A DNA stretch of 64,000 nucleotides from Vulcanimicrobiota bacterium (lineage in GTDB: Bacteria; Vulcanimicrobiota; Vulcanimicrobiia; Vulcanimicrobiales; Vulcanimicrobiaceae). Below are positions 38,441 to 47,679 of the stretch, piece after piece (the stretch's first letter is position 1; each line of letters begins with the position of its first letter). Location of the stretch: NCBI GenBank assembly GCA_963777315.1, contig CAVZQC010000004.1:800001-864000 (forward strand). The letters run 5' to 3'. The position numbers and the translations under genes are program-made. The notes under the pieces are model-generated. The model did not search any database and was not told the DNA's origin. It worked only from the letters and a program-made list of their open reading frames with translations.

Positions 38441-39804
38441 CGATTCTGGGCGGCGGAATCGCAGGACTGGCCGCGGCTCATCGGCTGTTCGAACTGGCTT
38501 CCAAACAGCGGCTGGAAATCGACGTAGCGCTGTACGAGCGCGGCGCGGCCGTAGGCGGCTGCGTGCGAACGCTGCGGGAGAGCGGTCTCGTCATGGAACT
38601 GGGCGCGGATTCGCTGCTTATCGACAAACCGCCCGCGAGGCAGTTGCTCGTCGAGCTGGGTTTGGAAGACAGCATTGTGGACGTGTGCCCGCAATTCAAA
38701 GGCGCGCGGATCGTTCGAGCGGGCCGGCTTCGCCGGCTGCCGTCGGCATTTCGGCTATTCGCGCCGACGTCGTTGCCCGCGCTGATGCGCAGCGGAATCT
38801 TCAGCCCGCTGGGCATGGCGCGCGCGGCCATGGAACCGTTTGTTCCGGCGCGCAAGCATGACGCGGACGAATCCGTGGCTTGTTTCGTCAGCCGGCGGTT
38901 TGGACGGGAAGTGCTCGAACGTTTGGCGCAGCCGCTCGTCGGCGGCCTGTACTCGGCCGATCCGAAGCGCCTGAGCATGCGCGCGACGCTGCCGCAATTT
39001 CTGGATCTCGAACGAAGCAACGGCAGCGTTCTGCGCGGGATGCGATCGCGAATCCCCCGGGAGCCGCGCCTGGTGAGCTTGCGCGAAGGGCTGCAGACGC
39101 TGATCGATGCGCTGCAAACGCGCATCGGCGCCGGGGTCCGCACGGGGAACGAAGCGGTCGGACTGCAGCGAAACGATGCGGGCTGGACGATCGCTTTCGC
39201 CGGCGGAAACACCGCGCATGCCGATGCCGTTATTTGCGCGCTGCCGGCCTACGCATCGGCCGCACTGCTGCGCGGCCACGATGAACGCCTTGCCTGGCTG
39301 CTCGAAAACATCCGCTATAACTCGATTGCGACGGTCAATCTCGCATACGATGCGAGTGCAGCGGCCGCGCTGCCCCGGAGCACCGGTTTCATCGTGCCGC
39401 ATGCGGAAGGGCGCTGCGTGACGGCCGCGACCTTCAGCACGCAAAAGTATCCCAACCGAGCTCCGCGCGACACGGCGTTGGTTCGCGCGTTCATCGGAGG
39501 TGCGCTCGCGCCGGAGCTGCTTGAATGCGACGACGACGAATTGGAGAGCATGGCACGGCGTGAGTTTGCCGAACTTACGCAGATCGCGGCGACGCCTCGC
39601 CGCGTCGCAGTTGCGCGCTGGGAGCGTTTGCTGCCCGAATACGGCGTAGGCCACGTGGAGCTCGTGCGTGAAATCGAGCGCCGCATCGCGCAGCTGCACG
39701 GCCTTGCGCTTGCCGGTTCAGCATACCATGGAGTCGGCATCCCGGATTGCGCTCAAACGGGACGAACGGGTGCGGAATCGGTTTTTGGGTACATCTGCGC
39801 CTAG
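38428..39804 (+). CDS. hemY: Proto/coproporphyrinogen oxidase (HemY/CgoX)
   Basis: GGGIAGL, ELGADS, RRFG, GVGIPDC; GGAGG RBS. Confidence 0.92.
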   Translation: MRSIAILGGGIAGLAAAHRLFELASKQRLEIDVALYERGAAVGGCVRTLRESGLVMELGADSLLIDKPPARQLLVELGLEDSIVDVCPQFKGARIVRAGRLRRLPSAFRLFAPTSLPALMRSGIFSPLGMARAAMEPFVPARKHDADESVACFVSRRFGREVLERLAQPLVGGLYSADPKRLSMRATLPQFLDLERSNGSVLRGMRSRIPREPRLVSLREGLQTLIDALQTRIGAGVRTGNEAVGLQRNDAGWTIAFAGGNTAHADAVICALPAYASAALLRGHDERLAWLLENIRYNSIATVNLAYDASAAAALPRSTGFIVPHAEGRCVTAATFSTQKYPNRAPRDTALVRAFIGGALAPELLECDDDELESMARREFAELTQIAATPRRVAVARWERLLPEYGVGHVELVREIERRIAQLHGLALAGSAYHGVGIPDCAQTGRTGAESVFGYICA

Positions 39805-39820
39805 AAAGAGAGGGCTTTGC

Positions 39821-40375
39821 ATGCGTCATCTCCTCGCCGCGGCAGCATTGGCGGCCTGCGCATTCTCACTCACTGCAGCGGCGAGCGCCGCACCGGTAGC
39901 CGGAGCACAGTACGCCGGCACCATCTCGAAATCGGTCGACACGAAAAGTGCTTACGTCGGTCAGCCCGTCACGCTTACGCACGTCACGTCGGAGAGCGGC
40001 AGCGTCGCCGGCGCAACGATGTACGGAACGGTCACCAAAGTGGTGCGCGCCGGTCAGGGACGGACCGCGCAGCTCCAGATGACGTTCAACAAACTCGTCA
40101 TGCGCGACGGCAGCACCTACGCCGTTGACGGCGTGGTAACCGGCATGAACACGAGCACAAAGAACAATGCGCTCAAAGAGGCCGGTGGCGCAGTTGCAGG
40201 CATGATCATCGGCAACATGATCGGCAAAACGATTTTCCATTCCGGCGCAGGCGGGTTTCTGGGCGCCGCCGGCGGCTTTTTGGTTGCAAAGAACAACCGC
40301 GAAAACATGAGCGTGCCCGCGGGTTCGGCCGTTCGCGTCATGCTGCGCTCGGTACGCCGCCAGGCCGGCCGTTAG
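39821..40375 (+). CDS. Secreted glycine-zipper protein
   Basis: Signal peptide, GGAVAGMIIG..GFLGAAGG. Confidence 0.75.
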   Translation: MRHLLAAAALAACAFSLTAAASAAPVAGAQYAGTISKSVDTKSAYVGQPVTLTHVTSESGSVAGATMYGTVTKVVRAGQGRTAQLQMTFNKLVMRDGSTYAVDGVVTGMNTSTKNNALKEAGGAVAGMIIGNMIGKTIFHSGAGGFLGAAGGFLVAKNNRENMSVPAGSAVRVMLRSVRRQAGR

Positions 40376-40376
40376 G

Positions 40377-40943
40377 ATGAACGGCGATAGAACCGTTCGC
40401 GATCTCTCCCTGCTGACCGTCAGGATGGTGTTGGGCGGTTCAATTTCGGCGCACGGTTTGCAAAAAATGCTCGGCGCGTTCGACGGACCGGGCATGGAAG
40501 GTACGACGCAGATGATGCGCTCGCTGGGCTTCGAGCCGCCCGAGCGATTCGCGCGAGCCGTTGCGGCGACCGAAACGACGTCGGGCATGCTCATCGCAGT
40601 GGGTGCGCTCGGCCCGGTAGGACCGGCGATGCTGCTCTCGGTGATGCTGACCGCAATAGAAACGGTCCACAAGCCCAAGGGCTATTGGGCCGGCAACGGC
40701 GGTTACGAAATGAACACGATGTACATCCTGCTCGCGCTCGTGCTGGCAACGCACGGGTACGGCCCGTTTTCCGTCGATCGGCTGTTAGGCATGCACGAGA
40801 AAATGGGCGCCATGCTCGGGTGGCTGGCGTTGCTGGGCGGCGTTGCGGGAGCGACGGTGGTGTTGTCGCAGCGTAAACCACCGCCGCAGAACAGCACGCA
40901 AGGCGATACGCCGGCACCTGAACCCGCGATGAGCGCCACATAA
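40377..40943 (+). CDS. DoxX family membrane protein
   Basis: HGLQK..F.GPG, VH..G.W..GGYE, GPFSVD. Confidence 0.9.
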   Translation: MNGDRTVRDLSLLTVRMVLGGSISAHGLQKMLGAFDGPGMEGTTQMMRSLGFEPPERFARAVAATETTSGMLIAVGALGPVGPAMLLSVMLTAIETVHKPKGYWAGNGGYEMNTMYILLALVLATHGYGPFSVDRLLGMHEKMGAMLGWLALLGGVAGATVVLSQRKPPPQNSTQGDTPAPEPAMSAT

Positions 40944-40947
40944 CGCA

Positions 40948-40983
40948 CAAAGCGCCCGTTCGTCGAACGGGCGCTCTGCTTTC
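40948..40983. terminator. Hairpin between convergent DoxX and tRNA-Phe (probable bidirectional terminator)
   Basis: AGCGCCCGTTC-gtc-GAACGGGCGCT, 11-bp stem. Confidence 0.7.
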
Positions 40984-40986
40984 AAC

Positions 40987-41062
40987 TGGTGCCAAGGGCC
41001 GGAATCGAACCGGCGACACCGTAATTTTCAGTCACGTGCTCTACCGACTGAGCTACCTTGGC
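40987..41062 (-). tRNA. tRNA-Phe(GAA)
   Basis: GCCAAGGTAGCTCAG..CT GAA AA..GGTTCGATTCC..CCA. Confidence 0.96.
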
Positions 41063-41131
41063 ACGCCGTCCTCGAGGCGACGGCCCTGGATTCGCTGCAC
41101 GAGCTTGCTCCCCTTGCCCATAGCCGCGCAC

Positions 41132-43714
41132 TCACGCGTTGGCGACGGCCTGCACGCCCGCGGGCGGATCGGGCGCGGACGCATCCAGCGCGCGAAAGAG
41201 CAAGACGCGATACCCCTGACTCTCTATCGTAACCGCGACGGTGCATATCTGTTCCCGAGCGAGCACGGAGTCGGTTTCCCAGTCGCCTCGCTCGCTGTTG
41301 TAGACGCGCGAGTGATAGCGCACGTGCGGTTCCAGCAGGTCCGTCAAATCGAGCGGGACGTTTTTAGTCGCCGTTCCGACGTTGCCGACAAGTACCGCGA
41401 ACTCATCCGCGCGGCGAAGCGCTACGACGCGCGCCACCCGCGAAAAAATCGGAATGCTGTCCGACACGTCTTCTTCATACACCGAATGCACGGCGTCGGT
41501 TTCTATTTCACACGTGGTGAACAGATGGAACGTACCGCCCGTGCGAACGGCGAAATACGTGATCTCGCGATCGCCGTACGGCAAACGCCGTAACGCAAGC
41601 CATTTCCATGAAGGTGGAACCAGTGGGTTGATTTGCGGGCGATCCCCCGTGAGGGTCAGTCCGCAAACGCCCTCGATCGCAGCCCACAGAAAGCGGGGCG
41701 GTTCCCACGGACTCAAGCGCATGCCGTGATTCACCAGCGATTCTCCGTCGAACCACTCGCTGAATTGGCCCGGCACGGTTTGGTGTCTGCGCGGATCCGC
41801 GGCGTAGTGATGAAACGACGCTCGCAGCGCCTTGACCATAGAATCCGGATGGTAACGGGCGGCGGCGAACGCGTACCACCACGTCAAGCCGGGCCATACG
41901 CCTCCAATGAGGCCGGCGAACGCTGCCGGATCGTAGCGCGGGTCGAGACACGAAGCCGTGCGCAATCCCGCTTGCGTCCAGAAATCCGCCGAATTGAGCC
42001 GGCTGATGATCCGGTACGCCGTTTCGTCATCGCAGGCGTGAAACATCACCGGAAAGATTTCATCGCCCGTCACGTCGGTGTGCGGGTTGCCTTCGGCATC
42101 GATGTTGAGGTAAAACAAGCCGTTTTCGGGATTGATTAAATGCGTCTGCATCGCTTCCCGGATCGCCGACGAGGCGTCGCTGAACGCCGCAATGCGCTCG
42201 TCGCTCTCGTGCACGCGCTCTCCCAGATGGGCGAGCGCGCGCAGTGCCGCGACGCACTCCGCGTTTATTTCCGTCACTGCTCCGTTGATAGTGTAGTTCG
42301 GAATGATGTTGCGCCAGCTGGCGATCGCCCAAACGTTCCCGCGTGGATCCTTTGCGCTGCAAAACACCAGCCGGCGCTCGTCCATTTGGGACATGATGTA
42401 ATCGCCGGCCTTGGCCAGCGACGGGTAGATGCCGCGCAGCCACTGCTCGTCGCCCGTCGAACGAAAGTGATGGTTTGCCGCAATGATGTATAACGGCGTG
42501 TCGTCGTTGATGTTCAACCCGTCGTCTTCGGCCCGGTCGGTCATGGCGTCGACGTACTCGGGCAACTTGCCGCTCGGGTACTGCAGGGAAGCCCATTTTT
42601 TTAACAGCGACCGAGAAAACGCCGGCATGAAATGATCGCAGCCGTACACGAACCAGGCGCAGTCACGGCAGACCACGTTCGACATCACGCCGGGATCGTT
42701 GGTGAAGAGCCAACCCGTCGGATATTTGGCCATGACGCGCCGCATGTTGACCTTGCTCCAGATGGCGCCGTCGTTGATCACTTCGTCGGGTGTGATGACC
42801 TCACCGCGATGCAGCACGTCTTCCAAATTGTCGATCGTTTGCGAAAGCGCTTGCGTTGCCGGCATTGCTACGGCAAAACGCCGGCGCGCGTCCTGCACGC
42901 CTTTGACGTACAGGCCCGTGCGAAAGGAGAAGGTTTCGCGGTCCCCGGGTTTGAGCGAGAACTCGACCTGCAGGCTTCCGAGGATGTCGCCCACCGCTTG
43001 CGTATGGTTCGACAGCGGCTTCACGCGCGACGCGCTGTAGACGTTGCTGACGTCGAAACTCGTTTCAAATGCGCTGGGCTCGCGGCTGACCGCGAAGATG
43101 CGCACGGATGCGGGGTGTACGGTATTGGTCGCGAGCAGTCCGAAGAGCTCGCTATCATAGATCGCCGAAACGTCTTCGGCCGTATCTCCGCGCAGGCGGG
43201 CAAAGCCGTTGACGCGCAGATCGTGTTCGACCGCTCCGCGGTTTTCGATCTCGACGAGCTGATACAATATCGGCGGATCGCTTTCGGCGTTGTCGCCGCC
43301 CAGCAACGGCAAGAAAACCGTCTCCGAAACGAACAGCGAACCCGCTACGTCGAACGTGCGGCGTTGATAGGCGGGATGGATCTCCACGCTGACTGCATCG
43401 CGGTCCACGGAGAGCGGTGTAAATACTTTCGTGCTGCTGTCGCCGGGGGTGCCCCTCCACGCATCCCGCAACGGCCGCCCGGCGATGGCATAACGCACGG
43501 CGATGGCGCCGACCATCGAACGTCCCGTGGCGACGCAAAACACCCGTTCCACATCGCCGGTGTTCTTGGTATTGACCCACAGAGCGCTATTGCCAAGGCT
43601 GGATCCCACGCCCAGATGCTGAGTGCTCAGGGTGTAGGTCGGCAGGCGTCGCGAACTGTCGAGCGCGTGCTCCGAGGAACCCTTGGAAACGGTCTGATTC
43701 GGTCTAGCCTCCAT
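41132..43714 (-). CDS. Six-hairpin glycoside hydrolase (amylo-alpha-1,6-glucosidase/trehalase-like)
   Basis: RDCAW, DDTPLY, GLRT, GGVWP, FSEW motifs of (alpha/alpha)6 GHs. Confidence 0.75.
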   Translation of the reverse strand: MEARPNQTVSKGSSEHALDSSRRLPTYTLSTQHLGVGSSLGNSALWVNTKNTGDVERVFCVATGRSMVGAIAVRYAIAGRPLRDAWRGTPGDSSTKVFTPLSVDRDAVSVEIHPAYQRRTFDVAGSLFVSETVFLPLLGGDNAESDPPILYQLVEIENRGAVEHDLRVNGFARLRGDTAEDVSAIYDSELFGLLATNTVHPASVRIFAVSREPSAFETSFDVSNVYSASRVKPLSNHTQAVGDILGSLQVEFSLKPGDRETFSFRTGLYVKGVQDARRRFAVAMPATQALSQTIDNLEDVLHRGEVITPDEVINDGAIWSKVNMRRVMAKYPTGWLFTNDPGVMSNVVCRDCAWFVYGCDHFMPAFSRSLLKKWASLQYPSGKLPEYVDAMTDRAEDDGLNINDDTPLYIIAANHHFRSTGDEQWLRGIYPSLAKAGDYIMSQMDERRLVFCSAKDPRGNVWAIASWRNIIPNYTINGAVTEINAECVAALRALAHLGERVHESDERIAAFSDASSAIREAMQTHLINPENGLFYLNIDAEGNPHTDVTGDEIFPVMFHACDDETAYRIISRLNSADFWTQAGLRTASCLDPRYDPAAFAGLIGGVWPGLTWWYAFAAARYHPDSMVKALRASFHHYAADPRRHQTVPGQFSEWFDGESLVNHGMRLSPWEPPRFLWAAIEGVCGLTLTGDRPQINPLVPPSWKWLALRRLPYGDREITYFAVRTGGTFHLFTTCEIETDAVHSVYEEDVSDSIPIFSRVARVVALRRADEFAVLVGNVGTATKNVPLDLTDLLEPHVRYHSRVYNSERGDWETDSVLAREQICTVAVTIESQGYRVLLFRALDASAPDPPAGVQAVANA

Positions 43715-43942
43715 CGAAACACACTACTGCGCAAGTCGCTCCGAACCATCTGCCGGACCCGCGCGAGTGCGTCGTATCCGCCGCGGCCTGATGCGGCTTA
43801 CGCTGTGATGGCGATGTAAGAGCGGAGTACGGCGGCGTCGGCCGGCCAAAGACTCCCCATTGGAAGCTTTGCCGGCGGCTCTGAAAAAAAGGCGACGCCG
43901 AAGGCTCTCGAACGAACGGCTAAGGCGAAATAGAGGCGCCAT

Positions 43943-45344
43943 ATGATACGGACAAGAGTGTGTTTCAGCACTACGCTCCTCATCTTAACGATTCTCACGA
44001 TCGCGGCGTCGCCGCTCCTCGACCCCCGGGCCGAAGTAGTGAGAATCCGGTCGTTGCGCCTTGAGAACAACCGCGCCATCGCTGCGCATGACGTTGCACT
44101 GATGCGTCGGTCGTGGGCTCCCAATATTCGGCTTATCGCGAGCGACGGCAGGGTCTATTCCGGGTCGGCTGCGCTTGCGCGCAGCTGATAAGGATGAAGA
44201 ATTCAAGGATCCGCGCTTTGTGGCATACGTCCGAAGGCCGTTGAATATCACCACCGATTCGGACGGCGTACGGGCAGCCGAGTATGGCGAGTGGACGGCG
44301 ATCGACGAACCTCCGGAAAAAGTTCGGTCGGGGAGTTATCTGGCATCGTGGCAAAAATTCGGTGATAAGTGGAAGATAGCTTTTGAAGCGTACGCATCGA
44401 CCGATCGCGCGCCGCAAAGCATCACCGACCGGTTACGCCCAACGGCCACACTCACCGTCGGCGGGTCACCGGACTGGCTGGCCATCACGCCGCACGCGGT
44501 GTGGGTTTCGAATGCGGTTTTCACGGCAATACAGCGCATCGACGTACGAACGAACACGCTCACCGCACGCGTTAGCCTGCCCTCTAAGCCGTGTTCGGGT
44601 CTCGCATACGCATTCGGAAGCGTCTGGGTGCCACTGTGCGGGCGGCATCCCGCATTGGCTCGCATCGACGCAGTGTCGAATTCGATTACGTCCATACTTC
44701 CAATTGGACCCGCGCTCTCCGAGGGTGGAATCGCGGCCGGCAACGATAGTATTTGGATGGTGACCGATCACGGAAAGCTCGCGCGCATCGATCCCAAAAC
44801 CAATCGATTGCGACAAGCGATCTCGATTGCAAGCGGATCGTACAATCCGCTCTTCAGCGAAGGCACGATTTGGGTAACAAGCGGCGACAAGAACTTATTG
44901 ACGGCAGTAAATGCCGCCAGCGGCAAAATCGTTGCAACGATCCCGGTCGGGCCGAAACCGCGCTTTCTTACAGCCGGTGACGGCATGGTGTGGACGCTCA
45001 ATCAAGGTGATGGATCGATTAGTAAAGTCGACGCCAAAAGCAGACGACTCATAGCGAACATCGAAGCCGAGATACCCGGCGCCGGCGGCGAAATCACGTA
45101 TGGGGCCGGCTCGGTGTACGCGACGATCGTTGGCGTTCCTCTTACGCAAATCGACGCAAAGACGAACGCAGTGCGCGGTCAATGGGGTGGACGCGGTGGA
45201 GATGCGGTACGCTTCGGACACAATTCGATTTGGCTGACCGATTACTTCCGCGGCTTGGTCTGGCGCATTCCCCCTCGCAGTTTTGGGCGGCGGCATGCAA
45301 GCGCCTTCTTTAGGAAACCGCGAATTGGGAAGCACCGGCAATGA
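43943..45344 (+). pseudogene. Frameshifted secreted DUF4440/SnoaL-like plus beta-propeller (Vgb/YncE-like) protein
   Basis: ORFs 43943-44188 and 44175-45344 join into 466 aa if G44187 is removed (AGC TAT AAG); repeated VWV..RID blades. Confidence 0.75.
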
Positions 45345-45371
45345 CATTGTCCAACATTCTCAAGCCCGAAG

Positions 45372-45380
45372 TGCTATACT
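45372..45380 (+). promoter_or_regulatory. Extended -10 element TGcTATACT
   Basis: TGnTANNNT 36 nt upstream of ATG 45417. Confidence 0.45.
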
Positions 45381-45416
45381 GGCCCAACGGCTAGATTGAA
45401 GCCGGGAAAGTTAGCT

Positions 45417-45695
45417 ATGTTTGTACAAGTGATTCACAACATCACCGATAAAACTGTTTGGGCCCGGCGCACCGCGGACTTTGAGAAGCAAGGGCTTCCG
45501 AACGAATTCACGCTGCATTGCAGCGGCACTTCCACCGACCGCACAAAGGCTTTCTGCCTTTGGGAAGCTCCATCGGTAGAGGCTCTATCGTCGATCTTGG
45601 ATAGCGCCACCACCGGCGCGGCTCAAAACATCTACTACGCGATTGATGAAAACGCACCGGTGACGCGTCTTCCGCGCAGCGCCGTAGCGACATAG
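45417..45695 (+). CDS. Small ferredoxin-like-fold protein (DUF4242/DUF3303-like)
   Basis: N-terminal H, AFCLWEAPSVEAL motif. Confidence 0.65.
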   Translation: MFVQVIHNITDKTVWARRTADFEKQGLPNEFTLHCSGTSTDRTKAFCLWEAPSVEALSSILDSATTGAAQNIYYAIDENAPVTRLPRSAVAT

Positions 45696-45732
45696 AAAAT
45701 TCGACTTCTACGGAAAACCAGAAAGACGAAAG

Positions 45733-45762
45733 AAAAAGCCCCGAATCGAATTCGGGGCTTTT
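45733..45762. terminator. Bidirectional intrinsic terminator
   Basis: AAAAGCCCCGAA-tcgaa-TTCGGGGCTTTT. Confidence 0.88.
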
Positions 45763-45766
45763 AAAC

Positions 45767-45843
45767 TGGCGACGCTGAAGGGGCTCGAACCCTCGACCTC
45801 CGCCGTGACAGGGCGGCGCTCTAACCAACTGAGCTACAGCGCC
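45767..45843 (-). tRNA. tRNA-Asp(GTC)
   Basis: GGCGCTGTAGCTCAGTTGGTTAGAGC..CT GTC AC..GGTTCGAGCCC..GCCA. Confidence 0.96.
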
Positions 45844-45865
45844 ATCGCCGAACGGGCTACCGCAG

Positions 45866-45940
45866 TGGTGGGCACGGTTGGGATCGAACCAACGACCCTC
45901 CGCGTGTGAAGCGGATGCTCTCCCACTGAGCTACGCGCCC
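45866..45940 (-). tRNA. tRNA-Val(CAC)
   Basis: GGGCGCGTAGCTCAG..TT CAC AC..GGTTCGATCCC..ACCA. Confidence 0.95.
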
Positions 45941-46036
45941 GCATGCGGTTCCGGACCCGGGCTATTTTACGTCAACCCCTCTCTCCCTGTCCAGGGACGC
46001 GGCATGAAACAACCGTTACGCGGATATACGGGTACG

Positions 46037-46567
46037 GTGCAGCTGCTTACCTTTGGACACAGCACCCACACCCAAGCTGAACTGGGTGAACTCATACGGC
46101 TTGCCGGGATCGAGAGAGTCGTCGACGTGCGAACGGTCCCGAAAAGCCGCAAGCATCCGTGGGTTTGGAGCACTCGCATGGCAGTCTGGGTGCCGCAGGA
46201 AACCACGGCCGAATACCGCTGGGAAGCCGAACTGGGCGGTTTTCGCAGCCCTCAACCGAGCTCGCACAACACGGCTTTGCGCAATCCGTCGTTCCGAGGA
46301 TATGCCGATTACATGGAAACGGAGCGGTTCTTGAACGCGCTGCAGGGCTTAGTGGATTCGCTTTGCGAACGCCGCTCGGCAATAATGTGCTCTGAAGCGC
46401 TTTGGTGGCGCTGTCACCGCAGACTCATTTCCGACGCTGCGACGTTGCTGCACGCCGTCGAGGTGCGGCACTTGATGGGGAACGGACGAACGCAGGCGCA
46501 CGTGCTTACCCCCGGTGTGCGCCGGCTGGGAAACACCCTGCGTTACGACGGCGATCGAGCCGCATGA
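46037..46567 (+). CDS. DUF488 family protein
   Basis: TFGHST, DVR..PKSR, LGG, FRGYADYM, MCSE..WWRCHR. Confidence 0.9.
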   Translation: MQLLTFGHSTHTQAELGELIRLAGIERVVDVRTVPKSRKHPWVWSTRMAVWVPQETTAEYRWEAELGGFRSPQPSSHNTALRNPSFRGYADYMETERFLNALQGLVDSLCERRSAIMCSEALWWRCHRRLISDAATLLHAVEVRHLMGNGRTQAHVLTPGVRRLGNTLRYDGDRAA

Positions 46568-47679
46568 ACGCGCCCGTCGAAGCGCTGGTCGACCCCGCTG
46601 CGTCGGCAAAAGCTGCGGGCCTGCGATACGTTACCGACGCGATGCCCGGCATCCGCCGCACGGCCCGTGGAAAGCATTTCGTCTACACGGATGCGAAGGG
46701 CAAGCAAATCCGGGACGACGCCGAGCTCAACCGCATACGCGCGCTGGCCGTGCCGCCTGCGTATACCGACGTATGGATTTGTCCGATTGAAAACGGCCAC
46801 TTACAAGCGACGGGCCGCGACGCGCGCGGCCGCAAGCAATACCGGTATCACAAGCGTTTTCGAGAGATTCGGGACGAGACCAAATACGAGAAGATGATTG
46901 CGTTCGCGCAAGCGCTCCCGGCCATCCGCAAACGAATCGAAGGCGATCTCGCAAAAACCGGGCTGCCGCGCGAAAAAGTTTTGGCAACGGTCGTGCAGCT
47001 GCTCGAAAGCACCGCAATTCGCGTCGGAAACGATGAGTACGCAAGAGACAATAAGTCGTTCGGGCTCACGACCCTGCAGAACAAGCATGCCAAGGTCGAC
47101 GGCTCGACGGTGCGCTTTTCGTTTCGCGGAAAGAGCGGAATCCAGCATGCAATCGACCTGCGCGACCGGCGCCTTGCCAAGATCGTCGGCCAATGCCAGG
47201 ATTTGCCGGGCCAGCAACTCTTCGAGTACGTCGACGACGATGGATCGACCCACGCGATCGATTCTTCGGACGTGAACGACTACATCCGCGAGATTTCGGG
47301 CGACGATTTTTCCGCCAAGGACTTTCGAACGTGGGTCGGCACCGTTGCGTGCGCGATACTGCTTGCCCAAGAGCACGAAGCGCAATCGCAAAACGAGCGC
47401 AAGACTCACGTCGCCGCAGTCATCAAGGACGTCGCCAAGCGCCTGGGCAACACGCCGGCCGTGTGTCGAAAGTGCTACGTGCACCCGGGGCTGCTCGATG
47501 CGTATATGGAAGGCGGCCGGCTCGACATGCAGCGCAAAGTGCGCCATACCGAAGGGCTGCTGCCCGAGGAACAGTTCGTTCTTGCTCTGCTGCACGAGCG
47601 AGCCAGGGAGACCGATTCGTCGCGTACGATGCGCCGCTTGCAGCAATCGCTGCGCAAGCGAAAGAAGAAAGCGGCGTGA
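46564..47679 (+). CDS. DNA topoisomerase IB
   Basis: GRKQYRYH, IRVGN, FRGKSG, KDFRTW, LGNTPAVCRKCY (catalytic Tyr). Confidence 0.95.
   Translation: MNAPVEALVDPAASAKAAGLRYVTDAMPGIRRTARGKHFVYTDAKGKQIRDDAELNRIRALAVPPAYTDVWICPIENGHLQATGRDARGRKQYRYHKRFREIRDETKYEKMIAFAQALPAIRKRIEGDLAKTGLPREKVLATVVQLLESTAIRVGNDEYARDNKSFGLTTLQNKHAKVDGSTVRFSFRGKSGIQHAIDLRDRRLAKIVGQCQDLPGQQLFEYVDDDGSTHAIDSSDVNDYIREISGDDFSAKDFRTWVGTVACAILLAQEHEAQSQNERKTHVAAVIKDVAKRLGNTPAVCRKCYVHPGLLDAYMEGGRLDMQRKVRHTEGLLPEEQFVLALLHERARETDSSRTMRRLQQSLRKRKKKAA

Noticed and set aside
44183..44192. Selenocysteine read-through or programmed +1 frameshift at TGA 44186
   Set aside because: TGA is followed immediately by in-frame TAA; no prfB-like CTT-TGA or upstream SD; a single insertion explains it
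43715..45767. Island integrated at tRNA-Asp
   Set aside because: Slightly atypical composition, but no att repeat or mobility gene
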